Positions 1 through 9,943 of a stretch of 64,000 bases of DNA are shown piece by piece. Source of the stretch: a virus; the IMG/VR virus record IMGVR_UViG_3300031616_000001, positions 54,180-118,179 of that record; one strand, written 5' to 3'. Positions within the stretch are counted from its first letter, which is position 1. The number at the start of each line of letters is the position of its first letter. A program made the translations under genes and the position numbers. The notes beneath the pieces are model-generated. The model was not told the DNA's origin. It ran no database searches and saw only the letters and a list, made by a program, of their open reading frames with translations.

Positions 1-1035
1 GACAACAACAAGCACTTCTTCGAGCACATGGACTTCATCACGCCGAACCTGCTGCGCGTGCTGAAGCCCGGCCGCATCGCGGCGATCCACGTGAAGGATC
101 GCATCGTGCCCAAGGGCATGACCGGCCTCGGCTTTCAGACGGCCTACCGATTCCACAGCAAGGTTGCCGACCACTACGAGAAGCACGGCTTCGCCTACCT
201 CGGCATGAAGACGATCGTCACCGACGTCGTGCGCGAGAACAACCAGACCTATCGCCTGGGTTGGACGGAGCAGTGCAAGGACGGCACGAAGATGGGCGTC
301 GGCATGCCCGAGTACCTGCTGCTGTTCCGCAAGCCCGTGACGGACACCGCCGACGGCTACGCCGATACGCCGGTGGTCAAAGCCAAGCCGCTGTGCCTCG
401 ACGGCGACGACGACGTGCCGTTTGACCGCGATCTTCCGATCAAGCCGAACAGCGGCTACTCGCGATCGCGGTGGCAGATCGATGCCCACGGCTTCACGCG
501 GTCATCGGGTGACGGTCTGCTGCTGCCAGAGGACCTGGCCGGCATGACGCACGCCGAGATGTTCCAGCTGTTCAAACGGCGATCGCTCGAGACCGTCTAC
601 AACTTCGAGAACCACGTGCGACTCTGCGAGCACCTCGAAGCCGCCGGCAAGCTGCCGGTGACCTTCATGTTGCTGCAGCCGCAGAGCTGGAGCGATGAGG
701 TGTGGACCGACATCACGCGGATGCTCACGCTCAACGGCGCGCAGTCCGCGAAGGGCAAGGAGATGCATCTTTGCCCGATGCAGTTCGATCTCGCCGATCG
801 CGCGATCGAGCAATGGTCCATGCCTGGCGAGGTGGTGTTCGATCCATTCGCCGGCCTCGGAACCGTCCCGTACCGCGCCGTCCAGAAGGGCCGCTTCGGC
901 CTGGGCTGCGAACTGAGCCCGTCGTACTACCTCGACAGCCACACCTACTGCCGCGCGGCCGAGCTCGAGCTGAGCATGCCGAGCCTCTTCGATGCCGAAG
1001 AGATCGGCGAGACAGCCGACTCTGCCGCGTCTTGA
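1..1035 (+). CDS. DNA N4-C/N6-A methyltransferase, 5'-partial
   Basis: Frame is open from base 1; LRVLKPGR, HLCPMQ and C-terminal motif I VVFDPFAGLGT are typical of beta-class MTases. Confidence 0.85.
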   Translation, partial: DNNKHFFEHMDFITPNLLRVLKPGRIAAIHVKDRIVPKGMTGLGFQTAYRFHSKVADHYEKHGFAYLGMKTIVTDVVRENNQTYRLGWTEQCKDGTKMGVGMPEYLLLFRKPVTDTADGYADTPVVKAKPLCLDGDDDVPFDRDLPIKPNSGYSRSRWQIDAHGFTRSSGDGLLLPEDLAGMTHAEMFQLFKRRSLETVYNFENHVRLCEHLEAAGKLPVTFMLLQPQSWSDEVWTDITRMLTLNGAQSAKGKEMHLCPMQFDLADRAIEQWSMPGEVVFDPFAGLGTVPYRAVQKGRFGLGCELSPSYYLDSHTYCRAAELELSMPSLFDAEEIGETADSAAS

Positions 1036-1049
1036 GGCTTAGTAATACT

Positions 1050-1304
1050 ATGTCGCCGCCACCCATCACCTACCCGTCTGGGTTATTCACGGAGCTCATG
1101 CGCAGGCACGCGTGGCCCCCCGGCTTCGAGTCGCAGATCCAGATCCAGACGTTGAGCGACGTCGACCGCCGCGAGTCGGCGGCGCGCGGCCGCGAGACGC
1201 AGCTGTCCAACGGCTACACCGGCACCGTGTTCGGCATGAGCAGAAGCGCCGACGCTCAGGCCGCGGTGTCGAGGCCAAGGTTCAACGCGAGGTTGAGCCG
1301 ATGA
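1050..1304 (+). CDS. hypothetical protein
   Basis: ATG at 1050; stop overlaps the next ATG (ATGA). Confidence 0.55.
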   Translation: MSPPPITYPSGLFTELMRRHAWPPGFESQIQIQTLSDVDRRESAARGRETQLSNGYTGTVFGMSRSADAQAAVSRPRFNARLSR

Positions 1305-1987
1305 CAAAGCTCACCTACTCAGAACAGCTGAAGCATCCAAAGTGGCAACGCAAGCGTCTCGAGATCCTTGAGGCAGCTGACTGGAAATGCATACGCTGCA
1401 GTTCAGCGGAAAAGACGCTTCATGTTCATCACCGGCAGTACATCGCTGGCAGGTTGCCGTGGGAGTATGCCGCCGACGATTTGCTCGCGCTTTGCGAGGA
1501 CTGCCATGCGGGAGAGCATGGGAAAGAGTCGATTCCGAATCGCCGCGCAGTGACTCGTCGAGATCGAGCCCTCTGGCTGGGAATCGAGGTTGCTGATCCA
1601 CGTGCTGTTCTCAGTCAAGTCGACTGGGAATTCCTGTGCAGGTTGCCGCCTCCGTACGGTTTCGCGTTTGTCCAGATCGACATTATTCAGCGAGGATTGG
1701 GCCCGCTGTCCAAGATTGAACTCTTGGCTGAGATGAGGAAGAAACGTCCTCAAATTTCAGATGAGCCTGCTGTCCCGAATGTCCTCGACGTCGTTCAAGG
1801 CCTCATACAGGTACAGCCAGGGGTCGACGTCGGTCGCGATCTGGCGCTCGCCGTGAAATGGCTCATGCGGGACGAGGTTAACGATCAACTCCGAGCATTG
1901 ATCTCCGTTGGCGAGACAGCGAGGGGCGGTGAGCTGAGAGACCTCGTTGCTCGCCAGCGCCTTCTGAACCAGGAGTTGGCGCCGTGA
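1301..1987 (+). CDS. HNH endonuclease with helical C-terminal extension
   Basis: HPKWQRKRLEIL, CxxC, LHVHH, LCEDCH. Confidence 0.8.
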   Translation: MTKLTYSEQLKHPKWQRKRLEILEAADWKCIRCSSAEKTLHVHHRQYIAGRLPWEYAADDLLALCEDCHAGEHGKESIPNRRAVTRRDRALWLGIEVADPRAVLSQVDWEFLCRLPPPYGFAFVQIDIIQRGLGPLSKIELLAEMRKKRPQISDEPAVPNVLDVVQGLIQVQPGVDVGRDLALAVKWLMRDEVNDQLRALISVGETARGGELRDLVARQRLLNQELAP

Positions 1988-2976
1988 GCAAGACGGTCGA
2001 GACCTGGATGCCCTGGTACATCGACAAGTACCTCGGTGACACGACCAACCTGACGACCGAGCAGCACGGCGCGTACTGCCTTCTGCTGATGAGTATGTGG
2101 AAGAAGCAAGGGCTCCTGCCAAACGACGACAAGCAACTCGCGCCGATAGCAAAGCTGTCATTGGGAAAGTGGCGCTCGTACCGACCAGTGCTCATCCAGT
2201 TCTTTCGAGTGTCCGAAGACGGCAGATTCATCAGTCAGAAGCGCGTCAGCAAGGAGTTGACTCGGGCGCTTGCGATCTCAGATGAGCGGTCTAAGGCGGG
2301 CAAGGAGGGTGCAGCCAGGAAGCGCGTGATTCAGGAAGAGAGGTCAGCATTTGAACTAGCAAACGGTATAGCAACCGCGGTAGCAAATGCTTCAGCAAAT
2401 GCTAAGCAAAACGCAACACCTATACCGAAGACACCTTCGCTTCGCTCAGGTTCCGAAGCTATCGCTTCGGTTGCTGTGACAGCTGCGCCGTCACCGCCGA
2501 AGCGTCGAAAGGCAAAGGCTGAAGTCGACCCTGAACCTCCGACAAACGCCACGTGGGAGGCCTATAGCGAGGCATACCGCAGGCGGTATCGCATCGCCCC
2601 ATTGCGAAATGGCAAGGTCAACAAGCTATTGCTGAACTTCCTGGGGCTCGTGCCAGCCGAACATGGGCCTGCAATCGCTGCGTTCTACGTCGGACACCAG
2701 CAGAACCTCTATGTCAACGCGAAGCATGCGGTGGAGCTTCTATTCCGCGACGCAGAGCGGCTGTACGCCGATTGGATGACAAACAGCGCGGCGGGCGTGC
2801 AGCAAATTCACGGCACCGAGACGGCCAACCATCGCCAGCTGCGCGAGATGCACGCGGCCCTCAGTGGCAATCGAGTCGCGTCGGCAACCGCTCCGGCCCC
2901 CCCAGCGCAGCGCTCGATTGATCTCAAACAAGCGCAGGAGGTGCTTGATGTCATCCCTACCGATCTACTCCGTTGA
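1984..2976 (+). CDS. replication initiator, DUF1376/YdaU family
   Basis: WMPWYIDKYLGDTTNLTTEQHGAYCLLLM N-terminus; internal repeats. Confidence 0.85.
   Translation: MSKTVETWMPWYIDKYLGDTTNLTTEQHGAYCLLLMSMWKKQGLLPNDDKQLAPIAKLSLGKWRSYRPVLIQFFRVSEDGRFISQKRVSKELTRALAISDERSKAGKEGAARKRVIQEERSAFELANGIATAVANASANAKQNATPIPKTPSLRSGSEAIASVAVTAAPSPPKRRKAKAEVDPEPPTNATWEAYSEAYRRRYRIAPLRNGKVNKLLLNFLGLVPAEHGPAIAAFYVGHQQNLYVNAKHAVELLFRDAERLYADWMTNSAAGVQQIHGTETANHRQLREMHAALSGNRVASATAPAPPAQRSIDLKQAQEVLDVIPTDLLR
2357..2415 (+). repeat. probable origin iterons
   Basis: Five (T/C/A)AGCAA units at ~12-bp period (2357, 2369, 2381, 2393, 2404) inside the initiator gene. Confidence 0.6.
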
Positions 2977-3478
2977 GGAGATCATGTCGCGTCTGAGCGT
3001 GGCCTACGGCAGTGCTTGGGCACAGATGTGGCTCGGCCTTGACCCAGCCGAAGTGAAGGCGCAGTGGGCGGATGCGCTCGGCCCGTACCTCAACAAGCCC
3101 GAGAAAATCCATCACGCGTTGGCCCACTTGCCAGTCGACAGGCCACCGAACTCGCTTCAGTTCAAGGTCATCTGCATGAACGCGCCGGAGACGGAACCGG
3201 ATCCGGTTCCGCAGTTGCCCGGGATGCCGGAGCGCAAGGCAGACATCTCACGGCTGCGCGCGGCGTTCCTGCGCTTCAAGGAACTCCGCAAAGAGATGCT
3301 GAAGAAGCCCAAGGAGTGGGCGTACCGGCTTCAGGAGCGCGAGCGGCGCGGCGAGCGGCTGACAGCCTTCGAGCAGCAGGCCTGGCGCGATACGCTGGCC
3401 AAGGTCGAAGACAAGCACGTCGGTGGTCATCACACGCCGATCGCCAACGAAGACCTGCCGCCAGGGATGCGGCGATGA
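2948..3478 (+). CDS. replication protein P-like / helicase loader-like
   Basis: Follows the initiator; YGSAWAQMW and PPNSLQFKVIC motifs. Confidence 0.6.
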   Translation: MSSLPIYSVEEIMSRLSVAYGSAWAQMWLGLDPAEVKAQWADALGPYLNKPEKIHHALAHLPVDRPPNSLQFKVICMNAPETEPDPVPQLPGMPERKADISRLRAAFLRFKELRKEMLKKPKEWAYRLQERERRGERLTAFEQQAWRDTLAKVEDKHVGGHHTPIANEDLPPGMRR

Positions 3479-3747
3479 GCTACGAAGCCTGGGGCGAACC
3501 CGATGGCCGCCCGTACCCGACGGCGGCGGCGAGGCGCATCCGCGTGCGCGTCGAAGAGGGCGACTTCCGAGGATTCAACGGCCGCACGCCGTGCGCACCC
3601 GACGAGCCGACGCGACAGTGTTCGATCTGCGCGCGGCACCGGCCGGCCCTGGCGCGCGTCGTCGATCGCGACACCGTGCTGATCGACGCCACGACGGTGA
3701 CGCCGCCCGGGCTGCGCTGCCCAATGTTTGCACGGCGCGACCAATGA
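3475..3747 (+). CDS. hypothetical Cys-containing protein
   Basis: ATGA-coupled ORF with CxxC. Confidence 0.5.
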   Translation: MSYEAWGEPDGRPYPTAAARRIRVRVEEGDFRGFNGRTPCAPDEPTRQCSICARHRPALARVVDRDTVLIDATTVTPPGLRCPMFARRDQ

Positions 3748-3941
3748 GCCCGGAACAGATGGACCACATCCGCCAGGCGGCGCGCGACATCCTCGATGCC
3801 GCCGAGTTCGGCTGGTGGTATGCCGGCGGTCAGATCGATGCACACAAAGTGGCATGGGCGCAGTGGATCCTGTGGCACGCCCCCAAAGTCTGGCCGGAGC
3901 TGATCACGGCGAACGAGTGCTTCACGGAGATCGTGCTGTGA
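3744..3941 (+). CDS. hypothetical protein
   Basis: ATGA-coupled ORF (MSPEQMD...). Confidence 0.5.
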   Translation: MSPEQMDHIRQAARDILDAAEFGWWYAGGQIDAHKVAWAQWILWHAPKVWPELITANECFTEIVL

Positions 3942-4444
3942 GCAGCGGCCTGCACGCGCATTCGCGCGAACTCAAGTACGCCGTCCAGGGCCCGGGGCTG
4001 AGCTGCGAGGGCCGGTTGTGCAGCCGCTGCCACAGGCCGTCGCGCAGCACCGGCGGCGGAACCATCGACGGGCGCTGGTACTGCGCGAAGTGCAAACCAA
4101 AGAGAGGCAACGACATGGCGAAGACGAGCGACTGGACAACCCGAGTGCACGAGCACCTCTTGAAGACCAGGACGGGCATGACGCCGGCGATGGTCATCAC
4201 GATGTTCGGCAAGCCGCCGGGTACGAGCGCCGCCGGCAAGGTGCTGAGCGCGGCGTCGCAGCACGGATGGTTTCGCCGCGAACAGCGCGAAGCCGAGGGC
4301 GACACCGTGCGTGTCACGACGCCCATCTATTTCGCCGTCGACCGCGCGAATGCCACGCCGACGCGCCGCGGGCCGGAGCCCGAGAGCTACTTCTACGGGG
4401 TCAAGCGCGTGCGGTCAGTCTTCGAACTCTGGAGCACGCTATGA
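3938..4444 (+). CDS. hypothetical protein with N-terminal Zn finger (alternative start 4115)
   Basis: CSRC...CAKC; coupled overlaps. Confidence 0.5.
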   Translation: MSSGLHAHSRELKYAVQGPGLSCEGRLCSRCHRPSRSTGGGTIDGRWYCAKCKPKRGNDMAKTSDWTTRVHEHLLKTRTGMTPAMVITMFGKPPGTSAAGKVLSAASQHGWFRREQREAEGDTVRVTTPIYFAVDRANATPTRRGPEPESYFYGVKRVRSVFELWSTL

Positions 4445-5088
4445 CGCACACGCCACGACCGGGAAGCATTGGCGAGCGGTCCATCAAGTATCTCGGCGAA
4501 CACGGCCGGCAGACGATGCGCGATCTCGCCGACGGCATCGACGCCGAGCTCGGCTCGATGAGCGCATCGCTGAATCTCTGCTTGCAGCACGGCTTGCTTG
4601 TCCGCGAAGAAGCCGACGGCAAGATCTTCATCGGCGTACCCAAGCCGCCGGCCGTCGTCGCGTCGATTATGCGGCCGAACGGCGTCGAGGTCGGTAATCG
4701 GAAGGCTGAACCTCGCGACGGCGTTGCTGTCGCGGAGGAAGCCGAGTCTGCGGAGGCGATCGTCGTGAGCAACGGCCACTATCAGAATGGCGTTCGCGAA
4801 GAATCGTTTGTCGTCGACGACAAGAGGACCGTGACGGTCCGCCGGCCCGACGAGTCGGCAGCGGATTCCTCGACCGAGACGCCGACGTCGATCATCGAAG
4901 AGCTCGCGCCGAGCAGGCCGATGCGCGTCGATGCGCCGGCGCCGCGTCACTTCGCCGTCGGCATCTTCACCGATGGCCGCTTTGTCATCGAAGTCGGCGA
5001 TCGCGGCGAGACGCTGACCCGCGATGAAACCGAAACGCTGTGGAAGTTCGTGCACGGCATCGAAAGGCCATTCGATGAACAGGCCTGA
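4441..5088 (+). CDS. winged-HTH domain protein
   Basis: TMRDLADGIDAELGSMSASLNLCLQHGLLVR resembles a wHTH. Confidence 0.55.
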   Translation: MTHTPRPGSIGERSIKYLGEHGRQTMRDLADGIDAELGSMSASLNLCLQHGLLVREEADGKIFIGVPKPPAVVASIMRPNGVEVGNRKAEPRDGVAVAEEAESAEAIVVSNGHYQNGVREESFVVDDKRTVTVRRPDESAADSSTETPTSIIEELAPSRPMRVDAPAPRHFAVGIFTDGRFVIEVGDRGETLTRDETETLWKFVHGIERPFDEQA

Positions 5089-5272
5089 CTCGTCGCTGGA
5101 TCTCGTGCTGGCCGTCTCCTTGTGCATCGGCGTCTGCCTGATCGCCGTGATCCTTGGGCTCGTCGCTACCGGTCTGATGCTCGCCGTCGCCGCGCTCGTC
5201 CTGTGGATAGTGCGCATGGCCTGGTTCCTCGTGACCGTGCTGTGGGAGATGTGGGGAATCTGGCCGTGGTAA
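5075..5272 (+). CDS. small membrane protein
   Basis: Long hydrophobic stretch. Confidence 0.5.
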   Translation: MNRPDSSLDLVLAVSLCIGVCLIAVILGLVATGLMLAVAALVLWIVRMAWFLVTVLWEMWGIWPW

Positions 5273-5751
5273 TGCCGATTGCGTTCCGCATCCTGGGGCA
5301 GCCATGCTCAAAGGCGAACTCGCGGCAGATCGTGACGATCGGCGGCAAGCCGAAGTCGATCAAGTCGAAGGAGGCTCTGGCGTATGAGTCCGATGCACTG
5401 CGGCAAATTCCGACATGGGCGCGTCAAATGATCGACGTCCCGGTTCGAGTGACGCTGCGAATTTTCTACGCCTCTGAGCTTCCAGATCTCGATGAATCGA
5501 TCGTGCTGGACGTCATGCAGGCGCGCTACAAGAAGTATGGAGAGAAGCGCGTTCTGATCCAGTCCGGTGTCTATGTCAACGATCGTCTCGTCCGCGAGAA
5601 GCATGTCTTCCATGGCGTGGACAGATCGAATCCACGAGCCGAGATCAGCGTCGAACCGCTTCATCCGGTGCAAGCCGACATGCTTGCACCGGACATCGGA
5701 ACGATGCTGAACCCAATCAGCGACGAGCACCCCGATGGCCTCCCGTTCTGA
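5272..5751 (+). CDS. RusA-like Holliday junction resolvase
   Basis: GQPCSKANSR, PDLD, VYVNDRLV, NPRAEI pattern. Confidence 0.75.
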   Translation: MPIAFRILGQPCSKANSRQIVTIGGKPKSIKSKEALAYESDALRQIPTWARQMIDVPVRVTLRIFYASELPDLDESIVLDVMQARYKKYGEKRVLIQSGVYVNDRLVREKHVFHGVDRSNPRAEISVEPLHPVQADMLAPDIGTMLNPISDEHPDGLPF

Positions 5752-5958
5752 GCACGCCAATCTCATGGCCTGGCAATGCAATCAGCAGCTGGGCTGTCTC
5801 CAAATGCATGCCGCTGTTCGTGCGCGGAACATGACGGCTGGCGGCGCGGCGGAGATCTATCAGACCATGGTCGAGATCCCGCTGCTCGTCACCATGCGCG
5901 TCTTCGCGCTGTCGTGCGGCGACGCCGTCAATGAGATGCCAGACACACCGGAGGCTGC

Positions 5959-6483
5959 GTGATCGAATTCCCGAAGGATCTGATCCTCCGCAACATCGGC
6001 GGCAGCGACGATGCGCTGGCCGTGTCGATTCAAGACGAGATGAATCGCCGCATTGGCGGTGAACTGAAGATTGACATGGGATTCGCAGCTGTCTCGAACG
6101 GTGCGGCGAGCACGTCGACCGCGCGGATCCCGACGGTGGCCAGCATGAAGAAGACGTTGGCCGAGATCGACGAGTTCTTCAGCCGCGCCGCGTCGCCAGC
6201 CCCTCAGATGCTGGCGCCGCCGCCGATGTCGCAAGCCGAAATCGGCCAGCTGATCGGTGTGCGCATGCACATCATGTCAGAGGCCATGCTGCCGCGTGAT
6301 CCGGTGCGCGTGCACAAACGTCAGCGCTGGGATCGCTCCGGCAAGTACCACCTGCGCATCCAGAAGAAATGGAACAAGCGCTTCGGTGTCGTCGTTCGCG
6401 AAGTCGCCTATGTCAGCGACGCCGGAAAGACTCTTTACATCACACAGGCGGCGTTCGATCGCCTGCAGAAGGAACTCGCCTGA
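5959..6483 (+). CDS. hypothetical protein
   Basis: RBS and coupled ORF; RIQKKWNKRFG basic patch. Confidence 0.55.
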   Translation: MIEFPKDLILRNIGGSDDALAVSIQDEMNRRIGGELKIDMGFAAVSNGAASTSTARIPTVASMKKTLAEIDEFFSRAASPAPQMLAPPPMSQAEIGQLIGVRMHIMSEAMLPRDPVRVHKRQRWDRSGKYHLRIQKKWNKRFGVVVREVAYVSDAGKTLYITQAAFDRLQKELA

Positions 6484-6737
6484 TGGACTCGACGACGACA
6501 TATCCAACGGTGGCCGCCGTGATAGCCGCCGACTTCGAGACGTTGAGCGGGTGGGCCGACAAGCTGCCGCCGCCGCAGACCGACGTGGAACGCACGGTAG
6601 TGCGCCGCATCAAGGCGCGACAACACGAGATGGCTTCGAGCGAGTTGCGCAGGAAAGCACCTGACATTGCCGACACGATCAACTCGGTCTCCGACATGGT
6701 CGAGAAGCTGACAGGCAAGAAGTTCCCGAGGTTCTGA
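6483..6737 (+). CDS. hypothetical protein
   Basis: TGATG-coupled ORF. Confidence 0.5.
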   Translation: MDSTTTYPTVAAVIAADFETLSGWADKLPPPQTDVERTVVRRIKARQHEMASSELRRKAPDIADTINSVSDMVEKLTGKKFPRF

Positions 6738-6739
6738 TC

Positions 6740-6922
6740 ATGAGCATCAAGGAAGTTGTGCGGATGGAGATTGCGATTGCCTTCTGGGCGTGCGTGATCT
6801 GCTCGACCGTCTGGTCCACCCAGTTTGGCGTCAACCCCATCGCCGCGTTCTGGTGCCCAGCGTGGATGGTCGCGGCCGCGGTCCTCGCTGTGTCTCGAGT
6901 CATTGTGGCATTCATGAAATGA
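6740..6922 (+). CDS. small membrane protein
   Basis: Two hydrophobic segments. Confidence 0.45.
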   Translation: MSIKEVVRMEIAIAFWACVICSTVWSTQFGVNPIAAFWCPAWMVAAAVLAVSRVIVAFMK

Positions 6923-7239
6923 AATCGCCGCCGCAGTACGAAGACCCGGACGCCGCGACGTCGATCGCGCTGTTCAAGGCGCGCACGCCGCAGGCCAACG
7001 CAGATGGCTCGTTGATGGGAGGCGCGCGCATCCTCAATTTTCAGACGGGATGGGCGATGCCGGTGTTGGTCGTCAACGCCTCGTCGTCGCACTGGTTCCG
7101 GCGTCTCGGCAACGACTGGGCGGAAGCGCTCTGCGGGATCCAGGCGCCGCTCGAGCTGGTCCACGGACCTGGCAACTACCCGCGCTGCGGCAACTGCATC
7201 AAGACGATGTCGCGGCTGATCCGACAGGGTGCGATGTGA
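6919..7239 (+). CDS. hypothetical protein
   Basis: ATGA-coupled; H..C..CxxC. Confidence 0.5.
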   Translation: MKSPPQYEDPDAATSIALFKARTPQANADGSLMGGARILNFQTGWAMPVLVVNASSSHWFRRLGNDWAEALCGIQAPLELVHGPGNYPRCGNCIKTMSRLIRQGAM

Positions 7240-7523
7240 GCCGCAACAACAGCCCGATCCCGACGGCCGATCGCCAGGACTTCCTCGCCGCGATGACAGC
7301 TATCGACGCGGAATGCGAAGGCCTTGCCGAAAGCTACTGGCTGATGCTCGATGCCGCCGAGGAGTTCATGGTGTCCCGACGCTACCAGCGCGGCGATCCG
7401 CTGGCGGCCTTGAAGCAGTACCGACGAATGAAGGCAGAAGCTTTAGCCAACGCCGAGAGATTCCCTGGCGTCGACATCGACGCCGTTCACCGCAACCAAA
7501 GACCGAAGACGAAAGGATCCTGA
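7236..7523 (+). CDS. hypothetical protein
   Basis: GTGA-coupled ORF. Confidence 0.5.
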   Translation: MSRNNSPIPTADRQDFLAAMTAIDAECEGLAESYWLMLDAAEEFMVSRRYQRGDPLAALKQYRRMKAEALANAERFPGVDIDAVHRNQRPKTKGS

Positions 7524-7525
7524 CC

Positions 7526-7774
7526 ATGGAAACAACGGAAGACCGCGTGAAGCGCATCGTGAGCCATCACCTCGGCGTGCCCGCTGAGACGCTCAACGCC
7601 GCCGCCGACATCGTGAAGGATCTCGGCGCCGAGTCCTTAGACCGCGTCGAGATCGTGATGTGCGTCGAAGACGAGTTCGGCATCGAGATCTCCGACGAGG
7701 ACGCCGAGCCGTTCCGGTCGATCGCCGACATCTGCGCACATGTCGACAAGCACAAGTCGGCCGCCGCGGTCTGA
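7526..7774 (+). CDS. acpP: acyl carrier protein
   Basis: DLGAESLDRVEIVMCVEDEFGIEISDEDAE closely matches AcpP, with the phosphopantetheine Ser retained. Confidence 0.9.
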   Translation: METTEDRVKRIVSHHLGVPAETLNAAADIVKDLGAESLDRVEIVMCVEDEFGIEISDEDAEPFRSIADICAHVDKHKSAAAV

Positions 7775-7931
7775 CTGGACCTGCCATGACCTTGATCGTA
7801 TGTCCTCGAGGTCGCGGCAAGTGGAACCACATTCGCTTGGTGATCGACGGGCCGTTTGATCTTTTCACGTTCGCGGTCGGAGAGAAGCTAGATCTCGGCG
7901 GCAGATGCTTTTGGATTATTGAGGTGCTCAA

Positions 7932-8474
7932 TTGATTGATTCGCGTGATCTGCCAGAAGAGTGGCGACCGATTGCTGGATTAGAAGGCTTCTATTCCGTT
8001 AGCAGTTGGGGACGGGTTCGCGCCGAGTGCCGACAAGTGTCGGGAAAGCTAGGAAGCATTCGAACCCTGCCACAACGCATCATGGCTACGTCTTCTATTG
8101 ACAGCAGTGGCTATCCGCACCTCAGCTTGTCCAGAGACCGGAAGAGGGTATTTCGGAAGGTTCACATCCTTGTCGCGCATGCCTTCAATGGACCGCGGCC
8201 GACAGGACTCCAGGTCGCGCACAACGATGGAATTCCGGTCCATGCGCATGCTTCGAATCTTCGATACGACACGCCGGTTGGCAATCAAGCAGATCGTCTC
8301 ATCCATGGAACCGCACCCCATGGCAACGCTACGAATCGTGCGAGGCTAGAAGCGGCACAGATAGAGGCGATCCGCAGAGACCCGCGATCAGAGCGAAAGA
8401 TCGCAGCGGAACTGGGCGTAAACCACAGCACGATTGGTGCAGTGAAGAGGGGGACATCATGGTTCTACATCTGA
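7932..8474 (+). CDS. NUMOD4-HNH homing endonuclease
   Basis: EEWRPIAGLEGFYSVSSWGRVR (NUMOD4), VHILVAHAF, AHNDG..NL. Confidence 0.85.
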   Translation: MIDSRDLPEEWRPIAGLEGFYSVSSWGRVRAECRQVSGKLGSIRTLPQRIMATSSIDSSGYPHLSLSRDRKRVFRKVHILVAHAFNGPRPTGLQVAHNDGIPVHAHASNLRYDTPVGNQADRLIHGTAPHGNATNRARLEAAQIEAIRRDPRSERKIAAELGVNHSTIGAVKRGTSWFYI

Positions 8475-8914
8475 AAGCTGCTGCCATCGCTAGTCCGACA
8501 TTGTTGAAGCGCACAGTGCGCCCAATGGAACATAGGCGTGTTGCTCTTCGAGCCTTCACTGCACTTGCCGAAATCTGCAATGGAACGGCGAGAACGGAAG
8601 AGATCATTGATCTATGCGATTCGATCAATGTTGTCGAAGCGCTTGTGACCATTGGCAAGTGCGACGATGATTCGGCTCCCGAGCACATTCTCAAAGCGAT
8701 GGACGGCGTCCGCGTGGCGGTCAAGTGTCCGTCCGGAATGATGCGCATGGGTCAGGCTTCGACGTTCTCGATGCGTCACATCGTGACCCTGCATGACTTG
8801 GCTGTGGGCCGGCTAAGTCAGGGCACATTGTTCGAGGCATGGCAACTGGTGATGGACAAGATCGCCGATCCAGCGGCCAACGAATCTACTGGTCTCTTCG
8901 TGGTCCACGCGTGA
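8459..8914 (+). CDS. hypothetical protein
   Basis: Long co-oriented ORF. Confidence 0.55.
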   Translation: MVLHLKAAAIASPTLLKRTVRPMEHRRVALRAFTALAEICNGTARTEEIIDLCDSINVVEALVTIGKCDDDSAPEHILKAMDGVRVAVKCPSGMMRMGQASTFSMRHIVTLHDLAVGRLSQGTLFEAWQLVMDKIADPAANESTGLFVVHA

Positions 8915-9153
8915 CGTGCGCGCATTGCATCGCTGCTTCCGCGGATCCTCACCACGGGCGGTCGAACGCCGGATGCCGGGGCTGCCAAGCGCGGCGCCTC
9001 GCACTGTCTCCGCATGCATTCGCCGCGCTGGCCGGCGCGCCGGAGCAGCTGCAGGCGGACATCGCGGAGATCTGGGGGGACGACTACAAGGCGGGCCGCG
9101 CCGAGGTTTGGAAGTGGATCGAGTTGATGCGCCAGAAACCGGGTAGCGGATAG
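8911..9153 (+). CDS. hypothetical Zn-binding protein
   Basis: CAHC...CRGC. Confidence 0.5.
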   Translation: MTCAHCIAASADPHHGRSNAGCRGCQARRLALSPHAFAALAGAPEQLQADIAEIWGDDYKAGRAEVWKWIELMRQKPGSG

Positions 9154-9230
9154 CGAAGCGCCCCGCGACAGATGAACTGTCGCAGGGCGCTGGTCTGACG
9201 TGAAAAGCGAGGTGAGATGCGCATTCTACG

Positions 9231-9881
9231 TTGGAGACAAAGATGAACCTCGGCGACAACACAGACCCGGTCTTCAAGACCGTGGGGCAGGCCTTGTACT
9301 TGGCATACGTGATGGAGGTGACTCCGGCGTCGACGCCGAGCCCGACGGAGACGCTCATCAGAGACTTGATGAAGCAGCGCTACGGCGAGGCGCCGGTGCC
9401 GCAGGCCGAGCGCAGCATCAACATGGGTGGCATGAACCCGCAGGAACTGCGCGCGCAATGCGCGCTGATCCGCGCGAGCGTTGCCGATCACCTAGCCGGC
9501 CAGGAGCGCGACACGATCTGCTCGCGCTTCGGCCACCAGATGACGCGAGCCGTGGGCGTGCGCAATCTTCGCGATCACTACGGCAGCCTGTGCAACACCC
9601 AGCACCAGGAAGCCGTGCTCGGATTGATCTGGGCGATATACGCGCCCGGGATTCGGCAGTTCCCCGGTGAGAATCCGCGCGCCTTCAATCTGCGGCGCAA
9701 GAAGCGCGAGAACGAATGGTCGGTACGTGGCATGGAGCGCGTCTACGGCATCGGCCGAAGCGTACTGCGGCGCGATCAGGACATGCTGCGCAAGCTGCTT
9801 AACGCCGTCGAGATGCAGGCGCAGTCGAAGCTGGAGGACCTGTTCACGCGGACCGGACTGATCGGCGATCCCAACGCTTAG
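9231..9881 (+). CDS. putative transcription regulator / Q-like antiterminator
   Basis: Lies at the end of a nin-like region; C-terminal HTH-like WSVRGMERVYGIGRSVLRRD; followed by a promoter-like sequence. Confidence 0.55.
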   Translation: METKMNLGDNTDPVFKTVGQALYLAYVMEVTPASTPSPTETLIRDLMKQRYGEAPVPQAERSINMGGMNPQELRAQCALIRASVADHLAGQERDTICSRFGHQMTRAVGVRNLRDHYGSLCNTQHQEAVLGLIWAIYAPGIRQFPGENPRAFNLRRKKRENEWSVRGMERVYGIGRSVLRRDQDMLRKLLNAVEMQAQSKLEDLFTRTGLIGDPNA

Positions 9882-9899
9882 CGTGCGCAAAAGAAAACA

Positions 9900-9939
9900 T
9901 TAGCAATGCTTGACTCGTGCGCTCCTGTTGTGGTGCAAT
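9900..9939 (+). promoter_or_regulatory. putative sigma70 promoter for the ncRNA array, with operator-like palindrome
   Basis: TTGACT 9910-9915; TG-n-TGCAAT 9931-9939; TTAGCAATGCTTG overlaps the -35. Confidence 0.5.
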
Positions 9940-9943
9940 TCGC

